Made by a program: the position numbers and the translations under genes. 64,000 nucleotides of DNA, taken from NCBI GenBank assembly GCA_963701855.1, contig CAVPBK010000005.1, forward strand, positions 64,001 through 128,000. The letters run 5' to 3'. Each line of letters opens with the position of its first letter. Position 1 is the first letter of the stretch. The notes under the pieces were generated by a model. It did not search any database and was not told where the DNA came from. It was given only the letters and a program-made list of their open reading frames with translations. Positions 10,573-20,737 of this stretch are shown here, piece after piece. This DNA is from Nitrospirota bacterium. GTDB lineage: Bacteria; Nitrospirota; Nitrospiria; Nitrospirales; Nitrospiraceae.

Positions 10573-12055
10573 GGTGGCTCCTCATCATATATATCGCCAT
10601 AGTCGGCACCAGCGTACGCGATAGGATGAAAGAGGCAAGCATCGCGATGATGATCGCCTCCGCCATGGGTTTGAACAGGTAGCCGGCGACGCCGCCGAGA
10701 TCGAAGAGCGGGAGCCAGACGACCGCGATGCAGAGGGTGGCGACGAGCGTCGGCACGACGATCTGATTGGCGGCGTCGATGATGGCCTGCTCCAGATCTT
10801 TGCCCATTTCGATGTGGCGGTCGATATTTTCGATCATCACGGTCGCATCATCGACGAGAATGCCGACGGCCAGCGCCAACCCGCCCAAGGTCATGACGTT
10901 GATCGTCTCTCCGAGCAGATGCAGGCCGATGATGGCGGTTAGAATGGACAGCGGGATCGAGGTCCACACGATGACCGTGGCTCTCCAGGAACCGAGCAGC
11001 AATAACACGATGAGGCCGACCAGCGCGCCGGCGGTCAGCATTTCGTGCAGCACGTCCGAGATCGAATCCTTCACGAAGGTCGAGGCGTCGTCAAGGAGCC
11101 TGATCTCCACTCCCTCCGGAGAGATTTGCTTGGCGCGCGGGATCATCTTTTTTATCCCATCGACCACGTCGAGAGTCGAGGCCTCCGTGCTCTTCATCGC
11201 GATGATGATGACGGTCTGTTTCCCTTTCACCAGCACGGCGTTCTGTTGTACCCGGCCCATGAGGCGCACTGTGGCCACGTCGCGCAGGTAGACGAACGCA
11301 TTGCCTTCCCGCTTGATCGGAATATCGTTGAAATGTGCAATGTCCAACGGTGACGCGTTCGTCAGGACCACCCAGTCGGTCTGCTTGATCTTGATGTCGC
11401 CGGACGGCAACACCATATATTGTTTCATGAGGGCATCGTGGATGTCCGACGGGGTGAGATGCCGGGCGAGCAACTTCTGTTGATCGAGGTTGACCATGAC
11501 CTGCATGTCCTGCCCCCCGTATGGATGCGGGAGGACGATCCCCGGTACCGTCACGAGTAGAGGGCGGATTCGCATGTAAGCGAGGTTATAGAGTTCCGCG
11601 GGCGTCATGTGGTCGGAGCTGATTTGGAGCATGGCCACCGGGATAGAAGATGGCGCGAGACGCATGACCATGGGCGGAGAAATATCGGGGGGGAGAGCCT
11701 TGACGACGTTCTGCGCAATGCCCACGATATCCGCTTCGGCTCTGGCCACATCGACTCCGTCCTGGAGATAGATGTTGGTGATGCTGCTGCCGTTGTAGGA
11801 ATGGCTATGGATATATTTGATGCCCTCGACCGTCGAGGTCAAAAAGCGTTCGAATAGATACGTGATGCGCCCTTCCACCTGCTTTGGGATCATGCCGGAA
11901 TAGATCCAGACCACGGAGGTGACCGGAATCGTGATATTCGGAAAGACGTCGGTCGGCATGTGGAGCAACATCTTGGTGCCTAGTATAATAATAAGAATGG
12001 ACATGACGACGAAGGTGTAGGGTCTGCGGAGGGCAATGAGAACGATCTGGTTCAT
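10532..12055 (-). CDS. RND permease (AcrB family), N-terminal half
   Basis: MNQIVLIALRRPYTF start; TM4 GILVDDATVMIENI; ends shortly after TM6, out of frame with the C-half. Confidence 0.8.
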   Translation of the reverse strand: MNQIVLIALRRPYTFVVMSILIIILGTKMLLHMPTDVFPNITIPVTSVVWIYSGMIPKQVEGRITYLFERFLTSTVEGIKYIHSHSYNGSSITNIYLQDGVDVARAEADIVGIAQNVVKALPPDISPPMVMRLAPSSIPVAMLQISSDHMTPAELYNLAYMRIRPLLVTVPGIVLPHPYGGQDMQVMVNLDQQKLLARHLTPSDIHDALMKQYMVLPSGDIKIKQTDWVVLTNASPLDIAHFNDIPIKREGNAFVYLRDVATVRLMGRVQQNAVLVKGKQTVIIIAMKSTEASTLDVVDGIKKMIPRAKQISPEGVEIRLLDDASTFVKDSISDVLHEMLTAGALVGLIVLLLLGSWRATVIVWTSIPLSILTAIIGLHLLGETINVMTLGGLALAVGILVDDATVMIENIDRHIEMGKDLEQAIIDAANQIVVPTLVATLCIAVVWLPLFDLGGVAGYLFKPMAEAIIIAMLASFILSRTLVPTMAIYMMRSHHVAAAGTAGAAGR

Positions 12056-12253
12056 GCGTGAAGACTCCAACAGATTGTGCGATGTTGATTCTCCGAGACG
12101 TAGCTCACTTTCATAAAGCTCAGTTTTGGTTGGATTTTGAGTAGCCTATGCCGCATGCCGACCGGCCAGCCTTCAGCCATTGGGAGTCTGAATCGGATAG
12201 CGGAATAATTTTGAGACGCTAATTTCATGTAACGGATCATGCGCAATATGCCT

Positions 12254-12270
12254 TGCAAGGTATTTGCCTG
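12254..12270 (-). promoter_or_regulatory. Candidate sigma-54 (-24/-12) promoter of the RND operon
   Basis: rc CAGGCAAATACCTTGCA has GG-N10-GC spacing, about 200 bp upstream of the permease and next to an NtrC-family system. Confidence 0.5.
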
Positions 12271-12691
12271 GCTTATGAGAATCGAAATTACGAAGATTGG
12301 CTAGGTAATCTGCGGAATGCGGTAGTGTGCTGGAGTCGAAGGGATGAGCTCCACATGTGCCACAATTACACATGTGTGACAAAGGTATCCGGTCGACGAT
12401 AGGTTACTTAGATAATAAATGGCTCGCCGATAGACTCTTCTCAGAGGGTGATCATTCTCCGTGGAATTCAACTCACCTCCATTCCTTAGCGCATACCATG
12501 CGCGGCCTTTTACCGTCGACGCCACACGAGCACATAACCAAATACTGATCGGCGATTTAAGGCAGAGCGAGTTTGCTGCGAAGTTCTGAAACTTCCTTAA
12601 TCAATTAATACATGCGAGCGACGAGTGACGATCGGACAGGACCATGATTTGCATGATCTCACTTCGTGGTATCGCTGATGAACTGGGGTAT

Positions 12692-12719
12692 GAGAATCTA
12701 GGGTTTTCCCTAGGTTCTC
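12692..12719. promoter_or_regulatory. Palindrome or putative operator upstream of the sensor kinase
   Basis: GAGAATCTAGGG-TTTT-CCCTAGGTTCTC inverted repeat. Confidence 0.4.
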
Positions 12720-12783
12720 GCTTGATTCGACCTAGGCCATCTCATAGAAAATCGAACCCCTCACATAGTAGGATGGTAGGAGG

Positions 12784-14430
12784 ATGGCGGACCAATTCAA
12801 CGAGAGCGAGATGTCTAAAAGGTGGTTCAAGCTCAATGGTATCATGGCCTGGGTCACGGTCACCGCAGCTATCCTCGTCGGATTGTCGATCGTCGTCACT
12901 GGAATCATCGAAAGCAAAGTTGTTGATCAGGCGGGAGCACACGATCGACAAGTAGCATTTCTTCGCGTCTCCGAATTTTTGGGTAACATGATCGGCCAGA
13001 CGGGCGGAATCCGAGATCATACGGTGTTGCAAGAACTTATCAAAGAGGTTCGCGAGCTCCGACCAGGAATCCAACGTCTTTCGGTGTTTGAAATCACGCC
13101 CGGATCGAGCTCCCTCATATTCAGCACGGATCCGAAGATGATTCCCCGAGTCCTGGATCCACTGGAACGGATCGAGATTGAAGCGGGACGCTCAGTTATG
13201 CAGATCGATGAATCATCGGCAGAACGGGCTTGGCGCATCACAGCGCCGGTTACAATCGACGGCAAGGTCGTCGGTGCGTTGCGCGGTCTCTTCTCGGTAA
13301 AGGAGTACGATGATCTTATCGGACAAGAAATTGCGCTGACCCAAATGATCGGCATCGGCGTCGTTCTCCTCACATCGTTGGTCTTTTTGATGCTGATACG
13401 GGTCAAGGTCCATCAACCGATTCACCGACTGCTCTATGCCATGCGAACTGTGGAGGGCGGAGATCTATCCGGTCAGGCATCGGTGACGGGTCCCTCTGAG
13501 ATTCAAGAGTTGGTGGCCCAGTTCAATCGCATGCTTGATCGCGTGCGGGAAGACCGAATAGAGAAAGATCGCCTATTGGGGGATGTCCGGCATTTCAACG
13601 AAACGCTTCAGAAGCGGGTCGTCGAAGCCACCGAGGAACTGCAGCAAGCGAACGATGAACTCGTCGAGGCGAGACTTGCGATAGAGCGAAGTCACCGCTT
13701 GGCGTCTCTGGGAGAGTTGTCCGCGACGGTGGCCCACGAATTGGGCAACCCCTTAAACGCCCTTTCCGGCCATCTGCAGATGCTCACCTATACCCGCGAT
13801 TCGTCAAATCGACAGCGACATCTTGCCATCATTCGCTCCGAGGTCGACCGCATGGTCGCGATCATCAGACAACTGTTGGATCAGACCCGTGTGCATCTCC
13901 AGCCAGTTCCCATGAATCTCAACGGCATTATCCGCGAAGTGCTGTCCCTGCTCTTACCGGGTCTGCCTCGGCAGCACGTTACTCTGAAAACAGACTTACA
14001 AGCCGATCTTCCACTGGTCGCCAGCGACCCCGGCGCCCTGCATGGCCTACTGTTTAACCTGGCCACCAACGCAATCCAGGCAATGCCATCCGGCGGGGAA
14101 TTGATTATCCGGACACGTGCTGTCTACAGTACAGAACTTCCTGGAACGGTCATAGTGAGTGAAGGTGCTCTAGTCAACGGCACTTCGGTCCGCTTAATCA
14201 TCGCCGACACGGGCAATGGGATTCCTCCAGAGCACTTAACCCGAATATTCGAGCCGTTCTTCACGACCCGACACGACCAAGGAGGAACGGGATTGGGGTT
14301 GGCGATCTGTCACCGCGTGGTGACAGACAGCGGCAGCAGGCTCGCCGTGAAGAGTGAAGTGGGACACGGAACGGAGTTCACTGTGGATCTGCCCATCTGG
14401 AATGAGTGGGAGATACGGAGACATCAATGA
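12784..14430 (+). CDS. HAMP-domain sensor histidine kinase (NtrB-like)
   Basis: Two TM segments, HAMP, H-box VAHELGNPL, NAIQAM, DTGNGI, FEPFFTT, GTGLGL. Confidence 0.92.
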   Translation: MADQFNESEMSKRWFKLNGIMAWVTVTAAILVGLSIVVTGIIESKVVDQAGAHDRQVAFLRVSEFLGNMIGQTGGIRDHTVLQELIKEVRELRPGIQRLSVFEITPGSSSLIFSTDPKMIPRVLDPLERIEIEAGRSVMQIDESSAERAWRITAPVTIDGKVVGALRGLFSVKEYDDLIGQEIALTQMIGIGVVLLTSLVFLMLIRVKVHQPIHRLLYAMRTVEGGDLSGQASVTGPSEIQELVAQFNRMLDRVREDRIEKDRLLGDVRHFNETLQKRVVEATEELQQANDELVEARLAIERSHRLASLGELSATVAHELGNPLNALSGHLQMLTYTRDSSNRQRHLAIIRSEVDRMVAIIRQLLDQTRVHLQPVPMNLNGIIREVLSLLLPGLPRQHVTLKTDLQADLPLVASDPGALHGLLFNLATNAIQAMPSGGELIIRTRAVYSTELPGTVIVSEGALVNGTSVRLIIADTGNGIPPEHLTRIFEPFFTTRHDQGGTGLGLAICHRVVTDSGSRLAVKSEVGHGTEFTVDLPIWNEWEIRRHQ

Positions 14431-15830
14431 GCGGTCCGCCATCAATTCTCGTCGTGGATGACGACCAGCGAAACCGGGAGATGTTGGCCGAGGCATTGAG
14501 CCAAGCCGGCTTTGCGGTCGATATGGCCTGTGATGGCACAGAAGCCCTGAGCAAGGCCAATGCGGGAACGTACGATACTGTGTTGAGCGATATCCGCATG
14601 ATCCCGTGTTCCGGTTTGGACCTTTTGGATTCGATTCGCAAGACCATGCCGGAGCTGCCCATCGTGCTCTTGACCGCGTTCGGCTCGGTCGACACTGCCA
14701 TCCAAGCCATGAAGCAAGGAGCATTCGATTACATCGCCAAGCCCGTGAATCTTGACGAACTCATCCTCACCATAAAGCGAGCCGTCAAGCATCGGCGTCT
14801 GATAGAGAACACTCGCACGCCTAAGCGTGCGTTTAATGAACAGTCGCGGGCCGCCTCTTTGATCGGACAAAGCAAGCAAATGGTCGAGGTCTTCAAACTT
14901 ATTGGAAAGGTCTCTCACAGCCGGACAGCCGTACTGATTCAGGGTGAGAGCGGCACCGGCAAAGAATTAATCGCCCGCGCAATCCACGATAACAGCCCGC
15001 GTGCGACTTACCGATTTGTCCCCATCAACTGTAGTGCGATTCCAGATACCTTGCTCGAAAGCGAACTCTTCGGTCACACGAAGGGTTCGTTCACCGGTGC
15101 TCACACGATGCGGCGTGGATTGCTTGAGGACGCGAGCGGTGGCACGTTCTTTTTGGACGAAGTCGGCGATCTCTCTCCGGCCGGACAGGCAAAACTTCTC
15201 CGCGTCCTCCAAGAAGGTGAAATCCGAAGGATTGGAAGCAACGAGTCGGTACGCGTAGATTTGCGGGTTATTGCAGCCTCGCGCCGAAATCTCGCCCAAC
15301 TGGTAGCGACCGGCCGGTTTCGTGAGGATCTGCTCTATCGGCTGAACACGGTCATGGTTCTCCTGCCTCCACTTCGGGAACGGCATGAAGATATTCCCTT
15401 GCTGGCAGAATTCTTTCTCGCAAAGTATGGCGACAAGAAGGAAGTTCCTGTCACGTCTTTTTCATCCGCCACGATGAGCGCGCTGACTGAATATTCCTGG
15501 CCGGGGAACGTGCGTGAGTTAGAACACGTCGTTGAACGGGCAGTGGCGCTGGCCTCGCAGGCTATTCTCTCAATCGAGGATCTCCCACCTGAAGTCATTC
15601 GGAAAGACGGAGAAGCTTCGGATCAGAGTGACATCTTCCCCGGCACGCTCAAAGCGCTGCGGCGGGAACAAGTGCTAAAAATTCTGGAATCAACCCATGG
15701 CAACAAAGAGCGGACGGCTCGTTTACTCGGTATCAGCAGACGAACGCTCTACCGACTCCTCGAACAATACGGGCTCGGCAAAACTAAATCTTCGACCGAA
15801 GCTGACACTTCGAATCCTGTCGGTTCCTGA
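14427..15830 (+). CDS. Sigma-54-dependent response regulator (NtrC family)
   Basis: Receiver domain, GESGTGKE, GSFTGA, WPGNVREL, Fis-type HTH. Confidence 0.93.
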   Translation: MSGPPSILVVDDDQRNREMLAEALSQAGFAVDMACDGTEALSKANAGTYDTVLSDIRMIPCSGLDLLDSIRKTMPELPIVLLTAFGSVDTAIQAMKQGAFDYIAKPVNLDELILTIKRAVKHRRLIENTRTPKRAFNEQSRAASLIGQSKQMVEVFKLIGKVSHSRTAVLIQGESGTGKELIARAIHDNSPRATYRFVPINCSAIPDTLLESELFGHTKGSFTGAHTMRRGLLEDASGGTFFLDEVGDLSPAGQAKLLRVLQEGEIRRIGSNESVRVDLRVIAASRRNLAQLVATGRFREDLLYRLNTVMVLLPPLRERHEDIPLLAEFFLAKYGDKKEVPVTSFSSATMSALTEYSWPGNVRELEHVVERAVALASQAILSIEDLPPEVIRKDGEASDQSDIFPGTLKALRREQVLKILESTHGNKERTARLLGISRRTLYRLLEQYGLGKTKSSTEADTSNPVGS

Positions 15831-15939
15831 TATCCGCCCGCCTATCATTTCGATGGAGTTTCACCGTCTCATGTGCACGCCAGGGATAAAACCAGGGGCA
15901 ATGAATTTGCGTTCATTAGTATCCTCTCAAGGGGACGAT

Positions 15940-16242
15940 ATGCAGCCGTTTGGGCCTCTCGACTATGTCCTTGATCTTGGAGATAGAGCGTGCTGTTCAA
16001 GCATTGAGAGTGCCACGCCAGGAGTAGCGTGCAAAGTTCTGGTGTATCCAGAAGGTGACCCCTCTGCTGAGCGAATACTGGCTACCGGCACCCTACGCCA
16101 GATGGTACGCAAGATTCCTATCCCTTGGAGTACTGGAAGCTTAAGCGGACAGTCTCGATCCGCGCCGCAGGTTGACCACATTCATTCGAGCAACGGGCAT
16201 CTTCTGGTCTTTGCCGACAATTATCAACGTACTAAAACTTGA
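15940..16242 (+). CDS. Hypothetical protein
   Basis: ATG behind AAGGGG; 100 aa; no recognised motif. Confidence 0.35.
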   Translation: MQPFGPLDYVLDLGDRACCSSIESATPGVACKVLVYPEGDPSAERILATGTLRQMVRKIPIPWSTGSLSGQSRSAPQVDHIHSSNGHLLVFADNYQRTKT

Positions 16243-16315
16243 GTGACTATCTCGATGACTATCATACGGGCTGCCCCCCTTTGCCACCTTCTTTTGAGGG
16301 TGAAAGGAGTCGAGT

Positions 16316-16615
16316 ATGACTAATGAGGAAAATCGGGAGGCAATCCGTCCGTGGATTGATCCGAAAGAACGGGTCACGGTGAACTTCCTCGACGAGCAGG
16401 GCTTGAATGCGGAGGTGACCGACTGCAACGACGTGGTCGTGGACCTCTCACTCGAAACTCAGATACCGCATATCAAACAACACATCTCGATTCCACTGCG
16501 ACGCGCTCAAGTGCCGGAAGATCCGTCCCACTGTACTCGGAACCCTGATCGGCCACTGAAACTCATCCGTTTGATGCCGATCATTGATGAAAAGCGTCCG
16601 CCGATCGTCTACTAA
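16316..16615 (+). CDS. Hypothetical protein
   Basis: AAGGAG RBS; 99-aa soluble ORF with protein-like composition. Confidence 0.7.
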   Translation: MTNEENREAIRPWIDPKERVTVNFLDEQGLNAEVTDCNDVVVDLSLETQIPHIKQHISIPLRRAQVPEDPSHCTRNPDRPLKLIRLMPIIDEKRPPIVY

Positions 16616-16853
16616 TGGACGACAAAGGTGGGAGTATCCTGGCGAGGCCGTCCGTGTGGAAGCGTCAAGGCTCTCGGGCGTATACGGGCACCGACTTATC
16701 AGGGTATGCACAGCGCGAGTCGACCGCCATCACTCATGGCCTAAACATCCGCTGACACGCTGTCTGAACTTCGCCATGCCCCCGAAAGTCGGTGCCCACT
16801 ACGTCCTCATGAATTACCGCTGTCCTTGGACCTGAGAACCACCCTGCAGTTCA

Positions 16854-17213
16854 CTAGTTGATCTTGTGAATGGACAGCACGCGTTCCTCATGATTCACTT
16901 CGGCGAGTTTCGCCTCAATCTGATCTCCTGGCTCAATAGCACTGCCATTCTTGAGGGTGGGCGTGAGAGGCAACTCCACTTCCTTCCCATTATATCGCTC
17001 CACGATCAGCCTATCGCCGTCCACGCGCAACACCTCGCCCTTGATGGTTTTGATGCCCTGCTGATTCTCTTTGCTACACAGCAGGAGATTCGGGAGTCCG
17101 CCTTTCCTCGTCGCACAGGGGTTCGGTTGGAATGCCTGCGTGACACTGGCCAGACTCAGGCACAGCACGACACCACATGAGATGACCCCGATGATTTTAG
17201 GAAGCGATACCAT
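16854..17213 (-). CDS. Small secreted beta-rich (OB-fold-like) protein
   Basis: AAGGAGG RBS before MVSLPK; signal peptide; KGEVLRVDG...GKEVEL...GDQIEAK is shared with 22237-22539. Confidence 0.75.
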   Translation of the reverse strand: MVSLPKIIGVISCGVVLCLSLASVTQAFQPNPCATRKGGLPNLLLCSKENQQGIKTIKGEVLRVDGDRLIVERYNGKEVELPLTPTLKNGSAIEPGDQIEAKLAEVNHEERVLSIHKIN

Positions 17214-17485
17214 GTGAGCCTCCTTGGTTGATGGTTTGTGGTTCGAGAACCGTGGCTCCGACACGTCCTCATGTCTCAGCCGTTAGTGTGACTCTACCGC
17301 CCCCACATGAAGGAACTATGAACGAATGATGAAAATTTTTTCATTAATTGCGGGTCACAAACAGACCCGTGAAATTCCTAGTGGTTCCCAGAGGCATGAT
17401 CCACAACACGCGCTTGAATACTGCACGCCTCGTCTTCTGGGGACGATCTAGTCGGCCGCCTTCTTCCTACTGGATGTACGAAGTC

Positions 17486-17560
17486 TCATTTATCGATCTC
17501 GCGAATGGACACCACATGTTCCTCGCAATTCACTTCAGCGAGTTTCACCTCAACCCAATC
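17486..17560 (-). pseudogene. Degenerate copy of the 3' end of the 16854-17213 gene
   Basis: GAATGGACACCACATGTTCCTCGCAATTCACTTCAGCGAGTTTCACCTCAA resembles 16868-16918. Confidence 0.55.
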
Positions 17561-17602
17561 GTTTTGTGTCTGACGCTGCCGAGGAGAAGAGAAAGAGAAA
17601 CA

Positions 17603-18040
17603 CTAGATAGGTTGGAGCCGATCTTCCTTGGGCATCTGGTCGACAGACGCCAATGCACGCTGAATGACGTTATCCAAACCACTCCCCGTTGTGTGTTGTT
17701 TAGCCAAACAGACATACGCCCCGTAGAGAATCGCTAAGTCCCATACTTCTCGCTGTGTCATCTGGGTCAGCACTATCACGGCAACCTGCGGTCTGGTGGG
17801 GATCGGAATCAAATCTAGCAACAGTTGAAATCCCAATTGATCAGGCAGTGCGAGTTCGAGCACGACGCAATCGAATCGCCGAGACCGGTAGAGTTTGAGG
17901 GCGGACTCACGGTCCTCGACTTCTGCGATCAGATATTCGGCGGAGTGATGCTTGAGCTGATTTGCCCAGTAGGTTCGCTGCGCCTGGCTCCCATCGACGA
18001 GAAGAATGGAAGTGGTGCGAGGGTCGTGGTTCGACAGCAT
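17603..18040 (-). CDS. Single-domain response regulator (atypical receiver)
   Basis: ILLVDG...FDCVVLELALPD..GFQLL; the phosphoacceptor position is E rather than D. Confidence 0.75.
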   Translation of the reverse strand: MLSNHDPRTTSILLVDGSQAQRTYWANQLKHHSAEYLIAEVEDRESALKLYRSRRFDCVVLELALPDQLGFQLLLDLIPIPTRPQVAVIVLTQMTQREVWDLAILYGAYVCLAKQHTTGSGLDNVIQRALASVDQMPKEDRLQPI

Positions 18041-18847
18041 ACCCGAATCCTCTTGATTATGGGGGGGGAACTCGATCAGGAACCACATGAGGCGGTCAAG
18101 AGAGGACAAGATGGCGCTCTGTCGCCTGTTGCCGAGAGCCCCCTCACTCTCAGCATTTCCACCGCACCTTGTACAGTCAGTGGTGCATCGCCTTCAGCCC
18201 TCTTGTTGGTGGATCACGTTGGCACATTTGGGCTCCAAGACCAGGGCAGTTCTCACTGACCAGCGGTGCATTCCTGGACAGATTGGGGACCCTCGCGGGA
18301 GTACTTCACACTTCAAGCCGAGGGCGGTCGCCATGCTGCCTATCGGATGCGCCAAGATTTCGAACGACTCATGAATCACGCGACGGCTCGTGATGGCAAC
18401 GCGATGGCTGTTTTATTGTGACGAGTGTCCGCGTCCTTGCGTTATGGGAATCCACTCCCGGTCATAGTGTATGGATCCTCATCCGAAGACGGCGGCTTGG
18501 CTGTCTGCGCATGAAGGAGTTGAGTGTCGGACTTGGAACATGTATCGGTCAGTGTGGCGTCACTCGGCGTGGTCTGCAAAATACCGCACGCTTGGAGCGG
18601 TAGAGCTATAAGAATGAGACCGCTAACAAACCCTCGTATAGATGTTATGGCGACCTCCGTTGATAATGAGCAATTCGGTTAGCGACCTGCGAGCCTCCAT
18701 GGTGCTGGCGACACACATTCCTGGCACGTCTTATTCTACGCGGCCCATAGACTGAAGGAATCTGTGAAGATTACGAGTCTTACACCTATGAAAGTGCCAG
18801 GCGGTGCTGTCGAGTCGCTGTCGATAGTTTGGTCGGACCGGCGCGTG

Positions 18848-19231
18848 TGACCGGCCCCCCATGGTTGTACCGGATCGAATGGCACTTACGCACACCGCTG
18901 GGGTGCGATCGTTTCAGGAGCGGGTGGTCGCAACCCCTGTGCCCGATAGGGACCAATCTAGTTGTAGTGTCGTCGCCAACGTTCCACGAGCACGTGCACC
19001 TCCCACAGTGTAGCCAACAGTTCCTCCGATTCAACAGTTCATCGCGTAGCTGTTCCGTAATCCCCAGTGTGCGGCAGGCCTGCGCGACGGGCTGGGCTTT
19101 GCTTATGGCCACTCCGGCTTCGCGCAGCATGGTAATGATCTGCTCGACGGTGTGACGGATGCGGGGCATACGGCCCTCCTTTCGGCTCGACCCTAACGTA
19201 CAGGTCGGATCCGGTTAAGGGGAGCCGGTCA
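18848..19231 (-). mobile_element. Internally deleted IS3 derivative (MITE-like, 384 bp)
   Basis: IRs TGACCGGCCCCCC and TGACCGGCTCCCC; OrfA N-terminus (MPRIRHTVEQIITMLREA...GITEQ) joined to an OrfB C-terminal piece (LRDELLN). Confidence 0.8.
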
Positions 19232-19342
19232 AACCCTGAAAACATTTAGGATTGTGCTGAATCCATCAAACCCGATCTCTCGGCGCCATAGGCCAGCCCG
19301 CCACGAGGAAACCGGCGACTTCGAAAGTCTGGCCGCAGCGCC

Positions 19343-20554
19343 TCAGTTCGGAATGAACTTGAAGAGGCCACCGCCTTGAGTCATGACGTAGAGCTCGCCA
19401 TCAGCGTCCTCGCCGAAGCTCGTCACAGAATTGCCCGGCGGACTGAGTAACGGCCATTCTGTCTGCTCTGTGGGCTGGCCATTCTGATAACGGAAGCTCT
19501 TAACAAATCCCGCGCAAAAATCTGCATAGAAGTAAGTGCCTTGCAGCACCGGCATCGCGGATCCTCGGTAGACATACCCACCCGTGACTGCACATGCTCC
19601 GCTCAGGTGGGGATAATCGAGCACCGGCAACGTCAGGCTACCGGAGTTGCAATTCATGGCGGGGTTGAAACACAGAACCCCTTCCATCAACCGCCAACCG
19701 TAATTGGCCTGGCGCCCTGCGTTGGGGGCCACGGCGACATCGATCTCTTCTCTCGCATCCTGCCCCACATCGCCGATGTAGAGGTCGCCTTTTATGCGGT
19801 CAAAGGAGAAACGCCACGGATTCCGTAAGCCCAAACTCCAAATTTGTGGCGCGCCGCCGACGAGAATAAACGGATTAATAATGACCTTGCTGCAGGCCCC
19901 TCCTGTGCTGGGATCGAGCCGAAGGAGTTTCCCGAGCAACGAAGCTAGATTCTGCCCGTTGTTATTTGGGTCGCCGCTATCTCCCCCATCGCCGATCCCG
20001 GCATACAGACACCCATCCGGACCAAATGCCAGCATGCCGCCGTTGTGATTTGAAAAGTTTGGGTGTGCGACTGTCAGAAGCAGCGTACCTGAAGAGGCAT
20101 CGGCAAGGTTTGGGTCCGTGGCATTTCTCAGGTAACGAGCGATGACAATGTCACCAGTGGTGTTCGTGTACAAGATGTAGAATTGGTGATTCGCAGCATA
20201 CTGGGGGTCGAATGCCATCCCCAACAACCCTCGTTCACCACCTGTCGATAGAAGGCTGCTGACATTGAGGAACGCGTCCGCGAGGAGCGAACTGGTTGTG
20301 ACATCGAAAATTCGAATCTGTCCACCCTGCTCGACAATGAAGAGCCGGTTGGTGCCATCGGCAGGCGCGGTCATGAAGACCGGTGAGCTGAGAGTGGTAT
20401 TGATCGGTTGGAGGCGCAGACTAGTGGAATGAGGTAACGGTGCTAACGAGTCTTGGTCCGATCCGTTGCCGGAGCACCCAATCAGGCCTCCTGTACTGAC
20501 AAGGACCAAACCAGTTATCAACAGGAGCTGAATCGGTACCACTAGCCCCCTCAC
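19343..20554 (-). CDS. PQQ-dependent glucose/sorbosone dehydrogenase family lipoprotein
   Basis: Lipobox LIGC; GERGLLGMAFDP, NHNGGMLAFGPDG, GLRNPWRFSFD, GDVGQ and TSFGED motifs. Confidence 0.9.
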   Translation of the reverse strand: MRGLVVPIQLLLITGLVLVSTGGLIGCSGNGSDQDSLAPLPHSTSLRLQPINTTLSSPVFMTAPADGTNRLFIVEQGGQIRIFDVTTSSLLADAFLNVSSLLSTGGERGLLGMAFDPQYAANHQFYILYTNTTGDIVIARYLRNATDPNLADASSGTLLLTVAHPNFSNHNGGMLAFGPDGCLYAGIGDGGDSGDPNNNGQNLASLLGKLLRLDPSTGGACSKVIINPFILVGGAPQIWSLGLRNPWRFSFDRIKGDLYIGDVGQDAREEIDVAVAPNAGRQANYGWRLMEGVLCFNPAMNCNSGSLTLPVLDYPHLSGACAVTGGYVYRGSAMPVLQGTYFYADFCAGFVKSFRYQNGQPTEQTEWPLLSPPGNSVTSFGEDADGELYVMTQGGGLFKFIPN

Positions 20555-20737
20555 GTGATGCCAGGCTGTATCTATACGATGAAAAAAACATCAATGCCCC
20601 CTATGAAGATCCCTAGGTGACTGGGTTGCATAAATGATCAAGTGTAATGATCAGGAATGAAATAACCACCGGTCGATGTTTCCGTTGCGTGTGTCATGAA
20701 TCAAGGCGGCGTCACATCAACTGGTTGCCGACCAGAC

